Source of the DNA: Pelomyxa schiedti
Taxonomy: Eukaryota; Protista; Evosea
Reading direction: 5' to 3'
Length of the DNA: 64,000 bases
Assembly (NCBI GenBank): GCA_020536535.1
Contig: JAHLWZ010000526.1
Location: forward strand, 1 to 64,000
Numbering within the stretch: the stretch's first letter is position 1; every line of letters begins with the position of its first letter. Made by a program: the position numbers and the translations under genes. The notes under the pieces are model-generated. The model had not been told where the DNA came from, did not search any database, and saw nothing but the letters and a program-made list of their open reading frames with translations. This document shows positions 50,601 to 61,050 of this stretch, one piece after another.

Positions 50601-50917
50601 TGCTGGTGTTGGTTTTGCTGCTGTTGTTGCTGCTGCTGGTGGCGCTGGGGCGGGGCTTGGGGCGGGGGCTGCGGGTCGGCCTGGGCGTCGGCCTGGGGCT
50701 GGCGCCGCTGCTGCTGCTGTTGCTTGCGCTCCTGCTCCATCAGTTGCCTAAAGTCGGCCTTGGCTGGGGGCGGCCCGATCTGCGTCGGCGGCTGTCGCAG
50801 CAGCGATTGTTGTTGTTGCTGTTGCGGCTGCTGGGACGATCGTCCCCCCGCGTTGTTGTAGTTGTAGTCCGACTGTTGCTGGTGTCGGCCGTACGCGGAG
50901 TTGCCTCCTGTCGCCAT
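47671..50917 (-). CDS. Gln/Pro-rich low-complexity protein with a small folded C-terminal domain and acidic tail
   Basis: ORFs 49274-50917 and 48250-49119 lead via GT-AG introns to EEADNGEDVMMVVNIDIATGQTVSLKIYQ|GRSMANTVHEFADKYHLSEDYAQSILEGL and the Glu/Asp tail of ORF 47671-47961. Confidence 0.65.
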
Positions 50918-51118
50918 CGGTCTTCGTCACCTTTCCCCTCTGTTGTTTTTGCTTTTTTTTTTTTTGAACCCCTGATTTAGTTGCTCCCCATGTGCTTCTG
51001 TTGCTCTCTACCCTTTCCCCTGTTTCTCCCTCAGCTACATGCGCGCTTTTCTTTCATGGTGCACAGAGCCACAAGGGTAGAGGAGTCAACAGATCTCGCA
51101 TCGACTGTAATTTACAAA

Positions 51119-52428
51119 ATGACAGCGTGGCGTCCTCCTCCGCAGCACATTCCCATCGGCGCCCCCGTCCCCCAGCCCGGCCGATACGGCGCCCCTCCGC
51201 CCCATCCTGTTGGCCCGCCTCCGCCGGGGTACGGCCCGCCGCCGGGTCCCCCAGGAGGCCCCCCGATGCCCATGTACCCGCCGATGGGCCCGCAGCCGGG
51301 AGGGGGCGGCTCCCCCAGGGCGATGATGCAGGGGCCGCCCCCGCCGCCCCCGACGATGTACGTGGCACCGCCTGTGCAGGCACCGCCGATGATGGGGGGG
51401 AACCAGGGCATCGTGGCCAGCAACAGCGGAAGTCGTGGTGGTGGTCATTATCAGCAGGGTCCCCCGCCCTACAATGCACCTCCTATTTTGATGGTATTGC
51501 TTCTGTATCCTTTCAGTCTCCTCTATATCTAGTTTCTCTATCTAACTAAATCTTTTTATACCTCTCATTTTAAATTGTTGTGTTTGACGAGGTTTTTTTT
51601 TTTTTTTTTTTTTTGTGCCTTTATTTATACTGTATCTCACAGCCTGTTGATCCTCTCGTTGAAGCAGTAACAGCTGAGACACTGAGATCACATGTGTTTT
51701 TTGTACTCCACTTCCAACTTGCCGCAGCTACACAGTTTGTGTCAGCATGTGTGCCTATAGAATTGGCAATGGTGGCCTTCACAGCATACGAGGAACGCGG
51801 ATTTATTCACACTTTAATCAGTCCCGGGACAATTCCGCAAGAATTGATGGCCAGTGCCCTCTGGTTGACAAGAAGAGTCCACGGAATACACCACGCAGCA
51901 ACGAACATGGAGAGAAACTACAGCAATGCGTGGTCAGAAATCACCGCGTTTGTAACAGCCAACAAAGTGAAGACACCCAGACAGCAGCTTCCCCTTGTTT
52001 TTGCCAAATCACCCACTGTCCAGCAAAGCTGCCTCGAGTGGCTCGCGAAAATGGCCAACACGGAGGTCGCCTCCGTCTTCTCCTCCGTCTGCTCAGTAGA
52101 AAGCCTGATCGAGCAATCGCACAAGGTCCTGAGCACCACTCCAAACTCGCGGCTGTCAGTTCTCACCATCACGGACATGTTCTCACCCCTGCTTGACATC
52201 AACACGGACCAGCGGCCTGGTGACAGGTGCTCGCACCACGACCAGCTTGGAATGTCAAACTTCAGGTGCGCCCTCAGCGACTGCCGCAGAGTGGCCCGCG
52301 TGTGCATGCAGGTCATACAGCAAATGATGCAGCAGTCACAGTCATCGTCGCCGTCGGCAATGTCTCCTTCCACACAAACACCTTCTTCCCTCGGTGTAAA
52401 CAGAACCACATCTCCGTTCAAGACATGA
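51119..52428 (+). CDS. MAEL: Maelstrom-domain protein with Pro/Gly-rich N-terminus
   Basis: VPIELAMVAF...FIHTLISPGTIP...ALWLTRRVHGI, SCLEWL and CSHHDQLGMSNFRCALSDCRR carry the MAEL E-C-H-C zinc ligands. One intron after PPILM. Confidence 0.8.
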
Positions 52429-52858
52429 AGCTTTTCCCACCCTTTTAACACTTTTTTTCGTTCAAACTTTCATGGTGTGCCAATAATCATCACAATTGTT
52501 TTTTTTTGGTCTTCGGATCTTGCCATGCGCTCCTCAGAGGCTGGAGAGACCACGAAACGGAGACATTATGAAATGATACACAAACACAGGGCCAGGCCAG
52601 TACCTTTTCTGCCCCGTTGATGCACAATTCCATTCCGCAGATTGCAATCTGAGCGACTTGTGCGTTGATTATTCAGCCACCTGATGAAGGAGTTCGTCTC
52701 TGAGAATCTCTGACATTCTTTGCCTTAGATGTCTCAAATCAAACTCCGTGTTCTTGACCGAGAAAGACTTCCTCACAAGGAAGCAACAAGCAGTTGCGCC
52801 GGTCTGTGCACGATACAGTGCACCCTTTGGTTTTTCTCCAGATCGCACAAAGAAAACC

Positions 52859-54914
52859 ATGGCACAACCAGCCGGTGCTCCAGCAGAGAACGCTCCACAG
52901 CAGGCGAGTCCTTGCGGAATTGTAATAATTGGGGGTCCCAGTGATGGCGGGCAAGGTTGTTTCTTTTTTGTTGGTTTGAACTTGAGCTGACATCTAAAAC
53001 CGTGCCAAGATACGATTGGCGGCCCAGCAAAACAAATACTGACCGTAGACGGCTATGATGCTAGTGTTACCTTCTTAAGAGAGTACTTCACGAATGGGAG
53101 AGTACGCCCGTGTGTTTTAGCTTGTCTTCACTCACTCCATAAAGAATGCAGCGGCAGCAAACTTGAAGTGCGTCTCCAGGGGGTACCCGTCACTTGCAGC
53201 AGTTTATCTCAAGCAAAAACTGATACGCGAGCGTGGACTGGAGTCACACATTATTCACCAGTACGTGCCAGATACCATTCCAGAGTTCGAGCAGTATGTG
53301 CGCTCGTGCAAGATCATGCTTCTGAGTACCTCAATGATGTTTGGCCCTTTTGTGGATCGGGTTTGTGAGCACGCAAAGAGGATCAATCCCGCTATTACAA
53401 TCATCGCAGGAGGGCTCCTCATTTACAAGTAGTCCGAGAATCGCTGAACCTAAGGTGTTTGCTACCTAAAATGTAGGTCATACTTGATAAAGAAGCTAAT
53501 CGAAACTGGCAAACTTCCTGATCGTCTGTATGCACTGGCATGGCATCCGATGCTAAAGCCCCGTAAAGCTGATGTTGACTTCGTAGTAGTAAATCGCAAT
53601 GGTGAATTCACATTACTCAAGCTGCTTGACAGCCTGGCTAAGGTACGAAGTATCTTCCCACGTGGGAACTCACAATGCATAGGGAATGGAGGAATGGAGG
53701 ACAATGGACAATGTTTACTGGTACAATGCTGAAACAACTAGTTTCGTCACGAATCCGGTTGTAGAGGAGACAATTTCTGATGTAGAGGTTGATTGGTCAC
53801 AGGAGCCCTTCCCGCACCCTGAATGGTATCTGTTCCCGGTAAGATCTGGTCAAGGCTGCCCATACAGGTAGAATAGAAGACTCCGGACTCTATTCGATTT
53901 GATTAATCCCTTTGTTGTTAAGGTGCGGTTTCTGTGATCATTATGTTGTCGAGCCATCAATGTATCAATGCAGCATCGACTCGGTCATTCGTACCTTGAG
54001 AACTGTACCCCTTGTCAATGGGTACAGACATGTGAGCTGAAAAATTCAATGTTAAGTAATTCCTGATCGTCGTAAGGTATGGTTTACAAATGACAATATC
54101 TTGCTTGGCCGAACTCAATCAAAAAAATTGTTGCAAGCACTCATTGATGCAGATCTACACTTAAAGTGGAATTCTTTCATAAGGTCTCTGAGATCTTTCT
54201 TCTCTCGGGCTAAAACAGACATGGAATTTTAGGGTTGATGCCATTCAAGATGAAGATGTGGCTGACCTTGTAGCAGCATCCGGCTGTGAACGCCTCAACA
54301 TCGGGGTGGAGAGTGCAGACGCCACGATTCTCAATAACATTGATAAGCATTGCACTCCTGAGGCAAATTATCCCTTTCCAGACACTTGGTCTTCTCAATT
54401 GATTACCTTTGTAGATGGTACATCGCATATTCCAGTTGTTGATTCCACGTGGAATTGCAGTCGTTGTACTATTGCTTATTGGGTTCCCGGGAGAGACAAT
54501 GGTTCGTTCCCCTCTGTGATACCTGTTGCTGACTCACATTCCACAGGAGAGTTTCCATCGAACTATAGAAATGGTGAATGCTATTCCTGAAGGAGTTGTT
54601 CAACTGAAGGTTGTTAAAACAAATCCTCAAATTTAAAAACGTAACTTTGTTTCATGATGTGCCACCCCCAGGCATTCCCTTTGGGTGTATTGGCTCTGGC
54701 TCCCATCTCCCAGCAAAGAGCCAAATGGAACCTGGTTGGTGTTGGCTTAGACTGGAAGCACTCGACCATGGATAGTATCACGGCAATAAAATTGTGCAAT
54801 GATGCTCTGGACTTGGTTCGGCCATCAGTTACTCAGCTGCATGTACACGATGGCGAGTGTACCTGGGACCACACGAAGATGGCAAAATTCCTAACAGCCA
54901 GAAACATTGTATGA
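52859..54914 (+). CDS. Cobalamin-binding radical SAM protein (class B methylase-like; resembles PhpK-type proteins), multi-exon
   Basis: PSLAAVYLKQKL, LLSTSMM...HAKRINPAITIIAGG (B12-binding-domain-like), DFVVVNRNGEFTLLKLL, RSGQGCPYR|CGFCD (CxxxCxxC), LNIGVESADATILNNIDK, C-terminal VGVGLDWKHSTMDS. Confidence 0.85.
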
Positions 54915-55230
54915 AACCCAATCACCGCCACGTCTCACTCGTGCACAGTTGAGAATGAGGCAGAAGGGAGCACACGAGAACCCCCCAGACCCCCGAACTG
55001 ACGCGGAACTCTGGTGTTGCATCGAAGAGAATATCAACTAAAACCGTTTTGGCCAACTCAAGTGGTGAGTTGGGACAATAAAAAACTCCAGTCCCGATCC
55101 TGGGTGATGACGATGGTAACGGAAATATTATTTTCTCCAGTTATGCCATCTCAGAAACTACAAGCTGTTGGTCCCTGGAGAACACTGACCACTGTTTTAT
55201 TTACACTATGGTTGGCAATAGGGGAAGGGG

Positions 55231-56558
55231 CTATGTGTGGTCCCCAGTTGGTGCTGGAATGGGAAACTTGTGCGAGAGCCAGAGGGAGGTGACTTGGTTG
55301 CCTGATTTCTGGCAGTGCTGAACCCAGTCAGGTGCGTTGTCCCGGTGAATGACGTTGTGCTCAGTGAGCCAGCACACCATTGGGAGCCGTGTCATCTTAT
55401 GGTTATCCTTTTCCACTCCAAGGTTGCCTCGGTAGAGTGACCCGAGCGGCCCACAACGGCAGGTGTGTTGATGTGTGCAGGGTTCAAGTGCACAAGGGCC
55501 AAAGCACTTCAGAATCCACTCAGCAACCTTGTTTTGATGTGAGTGAGCGGAGAACGTGTGCGGAAAGACAGAAACACACCTGCCAGTTTCCACGGCCAAC
55601 AGCAAGCATCATGTAGTGGTGAGACTCAGTGACTTCGATCACGCCAAATTGCTTCTGCAACCACTTGGCAACAGCAACGTGACCATTTCTGCAGGCATGG
55701 TAAAAAGCGTAGTTGTCCTTTGTGCACACATCCTCACGCGTGAGCCCGAACTCTCTCACCAGGAGAATCAGGGTTTCGAGTTCTCCAGCGGCACATGTTG
55801 AAAGCAGAGTCATGTTGTTGTCACTTCGAACTTGTTCTGTTGTTGGAGAGAACTGGGAAATGATGTGCTCCGCCAACCTTGCTTTCCCCTCCACACAGCT
55901 CCGCCTCAGACAATATGATGGGTTTGGAGGGAACCACTCCGCGTTGTTCTCCACCACCATTGAGTAAACTATATCCAAGCTACCCCCCATGAAAAGGGAA
56001 TCAGCACCAACCTGAAGTTCTGGCTTGGCCAAAGTATCGGGATACTGAGAAGCCATCCAGTTGGCAAGCGTAAAATGTCCATTTCTTTGGCACTCACACC
56101 AGGCGATTTCAATGTTGGAGGCTTCGAAGGGGAAGTTTCTGCAATAGTACTGCACAACAGGGAGGTTGCCGTCAGAACAGTTCCACTTCAGTGCATAGAA
56201 ATCTGGCCTGACGGAAAATGTCTCCACCAGCCAAATCACAACTTCATATGGCCCACGTGCACTAGAAAGCACATCTCGCTTACTGCGGAAGTTCTCCTTG
56301 CCGAACTTCAGCAACACCCACTTTGCAAGAGGCAAGTGCCCGTGTGAGCAACTTTTCATAAACACTTCATCAACGTTCTTATTGCCATTGCACTCCAAGA
56401 GCCATTCCACAACATCGATGTGGCCCTCACCACTTGCCTGCAGAAGGGCGTTTTCGGACTTCTCAGCAGGAATTGAGCCCATCGCGGCAATTGACCTGAC
56501 AAAGAAATCACATGAGTCCAGTCAAGACACATTTGGTTCGAGGTAGGGAGCACAGCAA

Positions 56559-56590
<32 letters not shown>

Positions 56591-57232
56591 ACAGCAACAA
56601 AAACAGCAACAGAAACAAAAACAACAACAACAAAAACAACAACAGCAACAACAACAACAACAGACCTTGAAAGTGACAAATGGCCTCTTTGGCAGCTTTT
56701 CACGAATGCCGATCCCAGAGTGCACTCAAGGAGCTGTGGTGACATTTGTTGTGCAACAAAGTTGAACGCTTGAGGTGTGCCCGCTGCCGCTGAACATTCC
56801 AGAACGAAACATATGTCGTGCGTGGCACTGATTGCGAGCTTTGAAACAGGCTTCAGAATCAACGGAATGCTCTCTGCCACCGTCATCACAATTTCTACAT
56901 TTCTGGAAGGGAAAAAAAAAATGTGAGCTACGCCAACACAAGAGAGAAAGATAGCGCGCAGCTTAACACACGCACAGTGGGATGAGAGATCTCCTCTTGC
57001 AATGTTTCAACAAATACGGTACGACTGAACCCCACAGAACCCCAATCACCTCGGTGAGGCTCAATCTCTTGTTATCTACAACAACAATAGCGTCTCCGCG
57101 TCCGTCATCGCCATCTGCCTCGCCATGTCTACTGTCACTCGCCGTCGTAGCAGGTGTTTCTGCGCTCGCTTCTTCCTTTACTTCGGCTGCCGACGGTGCC
57201 GGTGCTCTCGCAGAGCTCCGCCAGTTACCCAT
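55231..57232 (-). CDS. Ankyrin-repeat protein (multi-exon; 3' end uncertain)
   Basis: Repeats ALLQASGEGHIDVVEWLL, FMKSCSHGHLPLAKWV, WNCSDGNLPVVQY, AFYHACRNGHVAVAKWL. Upstream exons start at MGNWRSS (57232). Confidence 0.8.
56553..56663. repeat. Degenerate CAA/CAG-rich microsatellite inside an intron of the ankyrin gene
   Basis: Run of caa/cag/caaaaa units lying within minus-strand intron 56496-56665 (SLSR|SIAAMG). Confidence 0.85.
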
Positions 57233-57302
57233 GACCAACTTGTATCCCACAACAAACCACACAATTGTTTCAAGATCACAACCTCAACACCCAGAAGAAG
57301 AA

Positions 57303-60300
57303 ATGAAGCAACCAATGAGGGCCGTTTTGGGCGTTGTGCGGCGGCTCTGCCTTCTCGTCTCGGCTCTGTCGCTAGCCACGTGCGCGGCTACGTGGGCGCC
57401 GGGCTGGGGGGCGGCGGGGGCGGCGGCGCAGGGAGCGGGGGCCGCCTGCACGAGCCTGCCCGCGAGCGGGGCGGGCCCGCTGGTGGTCACGTCGACGGTG
57501 CGGGTGTGCCCAGGGGCGTACGACCGCGACGACGCGGGGGAGCAGGGCGTGGTGCGGGTGGAGGCGGACGGCGTGGCCGTGTACCTGCTGGGGGTGCAGC
57601 TGCGCTCGTCGCTGTACGTGGGCTACGGCGTGCTCGCAGACGGCGTGGACCGCGTCTCGGTGCGCTCTTGTGATTTGTGATTGTGGGATTCGGTTGTGCC
57701 TTTTGGGGTTGTTGCCCTGTGATACGGAGATATTGGATAGATAATAGACAACAAGAAACTAATGGCTGGGTTTGAGGTAGGTAATAGGGGGTGATATTAG
57801 TGGGTACAGAGCAGGCGTGCTGCTGCAAAATGGTGAGGGGCATTTGGTGGATGGGGCTGTTTTATCTAACAACAGGGTGCGCCCGGTTTATAACAGTGAG
57901 GCTGACTTTCTGGATGGTGTGGCTCTTCTGCTTTTCCTTTTGCAAGCTTCTCATTGCACGCAGTTTGGCCTGATTTTGAGGAACAGTTGGATTTGGACCA
58001 AGTACCTCTCCTTCAGAGCCTAATTTGAAGCGTTTACAAGTGCAGGTTGGGGATGGTGTTGTATTTGTCAATGTATCCAACTCTGTGATATCGAACAATA
58101 AGATGACCAACCAGCAAAACGGAATTGGTCTCTTTTCAGTTAACCTTACAACTCATCTTTCTTTCACTGACATTCCCAAGTCCAACTATAATTCTGTTTA
58201 TAGCAACAACTGTTCCAATAATGAGGGCTGGGGGCTTCACGTTGTTGGGTCGAGCCATAACACAATTCAAAACAATGCAGCTGACAACTGTTATCCAAAG
58301 GTCAACTATCTTGTTCTCCTACTTGATTTGACCTGCCCAAAGTCTTCAACTTACTGCCACGATGTTCAACAAGATGGTTGTGACTCAGCAGCATTCCTCA
58401 TCCTCAAGGGATCAAACTACAACACAGTAACAGACAATTCATTTAGAAACAGTGGCGATGGTATCTTTGCTGCAGGGCAACAGAGTGACATTCATTGGCA
58501 TCAACCTTTTGCTTTTACTTATCCATAACTCATGTGCAGGGGCTGTGATCACAATGAGTATACGTGGAATGACTGCAGTTTCTCTAAGCACATTGTACGG
58601 GATTTTTTTTTCTGAATTATTTACTTAACAAATGACAGGCACTCGAATCCACTTTCGCAGATGCCAACTATTTTGCTTATAACGAAGCTTCTTTTTGTGG
58701 GCGGTATGGTGCTTGGCTAGGGTTTTCAACCAACAACATACTGGAAAAAAATAATATCAAGAACAATTCAGAGGTAGTCTGGCTTTTTTGTTTTTACACT
58801 TACCCAAAGAACAAATGCAAAGGCAGGAATTGCCAACGAAAGTGCCCAAAATTTGCGAGTCAGTGGGAATATACTCACGGGTAATTACGAAGGAGTAATG
58901 CTATGGAAAGGGGATACCAGTATCATTGACCAAGAATCGATGAACTATTATTTTGACCATAATGTGATTGCCTACAGTACAGTGCATGGATTCAGTCTCG
59001 TTGATACCCACAATATAACACTCGTAAGTAACGGTATGCTCGCCATACTCTGACGGCTATGCTCATCTTAGTTTTACAGACATAATTGACAACTTTGGAG
59101 GTAATATCTTCTTTTCAACTTCTGTCGAAACAGAACTTAGAAGCCCTTTGCTCGTGAACCAAAACAGTCTGAATGAAATATTGGTTCCATAAAGAGCTCA
59201 TTTTCCTTCAGACATTATCTTGGGTAATGCACCCTATAATCTTATGAACAATCAACCAACACTCGTGGATGCAACAATGAATTTTTGGGGGACATCTGAC
59301 CCTTCTCTGGTGCGCTGTGAAAAATAACACAGCTTTTTCTAACAGGCTCACAGATTTCAGATTCTATACTAGATGCTGAATCGATGGGAGAATTGCCTCC
59401 TAATAGGTTGCCTTTCCTAGAACTTGTCTATGACCTTGCTGGCAACAACATTACTCTACGTCGAGTTGTGAATGAGCGTGCAGATGATGCCACAGATGGA
59501 GTTGGTCTCTCTGTTGCTCAAAAGGGGAATAGCCAAACAAGGCTAACATTTGGAAACCTGGTATGCGGAAGCTTTGCCTGTTATCGGACTGAATAATTCC
59601 AGAAAGGCATACCATTTACTGCTGGCTTTCGCTTCCGCGATCTCTACATCACTGCAGATACCATTGTCTACTCGGCCAGAATTGGTTTTCCAACTGACGC
59701 TTCCTCATCCACTCTTTCACTCAGCATGTAAGTAACTAAGAAGATACATTGATTGCTCACTCCTCATCAGCTATGGTGAGGCTGCAGCGAATCCAGTCCC
59801 CTTTGAGCAAGGACTGTTACCTTCCACACGTAAACTCACTAAAGCCTCAGTCAAGTGGATCGTTGGGGCAGATGAAGCTTGGAGTGACAGTGGTATAGCA
59901 TACAGTCCTGATGTCTCCGATATTTTGGAGGAAATACTGGGGCAGAGCGGATGGGTTTCTGGGAATGCAATTTCCTTCATCATAACAGACAACGGCTCCA
60001 GTGGAACTCGAGCAGTTTGGGCATTTGACCAAGTGATTTCTTCCATTTGCCGTAACGGCGAACCTAATTCATTCCTTAAGGATGGATATGTGGAATACTC
60101 AAATACAACTTCGGAGTTCCGCCATTTCCGAATGTTCAGATTTGCAAAATTCCAGGCAGACTACACAACTTCTGATTCTACCATGTGTGTTGAACGGGAA
60201 CTTCGTACCATGTACGACAATGCAGACGTCACATACTATACCTACAACGTGGACTTTGGCTGTCAGACAAAACACTTATTCGACACACATTAATCTGGTA

Positions 60301-60522
60301 AATAGATATTGGCGGCGTGGAGTACATTGGGGGGTGGAGATTTGAGGACATCTGCATTCCACTTGATGAAACCACAGAAATAGACTCCGCTTACATGGTA
60401 TTGCCCATCGATGGACCATACACCACTCCTTTATCACTTGCCTTGTATGTAGAAGCCTATCCCTGGCCTCTTCCCTACACTGATTGTAAGTATCACCTTT
60501 CCTATCAATGAATTAATTAATT

Positions 60523-60560
<38 letters not shown>

Positions 60561-60925
60561 CTCGCCCACAATGCCAAAACTGAACTCGCTCCTTCCTCCC
60601 AATATATTAATACACAATCGCAGATAATGTGCCCTGCAACCGCACTCGGCTGGAAACGTCGGTGCCGTGGCCTGTGGACTCAACCTGGGAAGCGGGGGAC
60701 TGGCTTCTCACGCCACCCATAACTGCACTGCTAGAGGCGGTGCGGGGCGTGGAGGGGTGGAACCAGGGCACAGCGGTGGCATTTGACGTTGTGCCACTGG
60801 CTGAGGCCCAAAGCCAGACCCCGAGGAGGGTGTGGGCTTTCTACCGTGACCAGAGGCTTTCTCCTCATGACTTTCCTAATTGTGGGTTGGCTCCTTATGT
60901 GCCGTACAGCACGGGCCCCAATTGA
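57303..60925 (+). CDS. Secreted right-handed parallel beta-helix (NosD/pectin-lyase-like) protein with two C-terminal beta-sandwich-like domains
   Basis: Signal-peptide-like RRLCLLVSALSLATCAA. Repeats SNSVISNNKMTNQQNGIGL, YNSVYSNNCSNNEGWGLHV, HNTIQNNAADN, YNTVTDNSFRNSGDGI. Two GFRF/GWRF...GW(V/N)(S/Q)G(N/T)A(I/V) units. Confidence 0.75.
60511..60558. repeat. Intronic (AATT)3(AATC)9 microsatellite
   Basis: Read directly from the sequence, between donor gtaagt (~60486) and acceptor ...atcgcag. Confidence 0.9.
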
Positions 60926-61050
60926 AAGAAGAAGATTTGTTGAGGCCTCAACAAACGAAAATATTTTCCCGTAACACCATCTTTTCGTTTAAAAAACTCA
61001 GGTTTTCATTGAGTGATCAGGTAAAAAGGAAAAAAAAACAGGAGTTGGCC

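Noticed and set aside
49418-50980. Long plus-strand ORFs rich in Leu, Cys or Val/Ala
   Set aside because: Antisense shadows of the CAG/CAA-rich minus-strand gene.
52638-52651. Perfect 14-bp palindrome cagattgcaatctg upstream of the radical SAM gene
   Set aside because: A few palindromes of this length are expected by chance in 64 kb; no second copy or other support.
56522-56725. Poly-Cys ORF (metallothionein-like appearance)
   Set aside because: It is a translation of the intronic microsatellite of the ankyrin gene.
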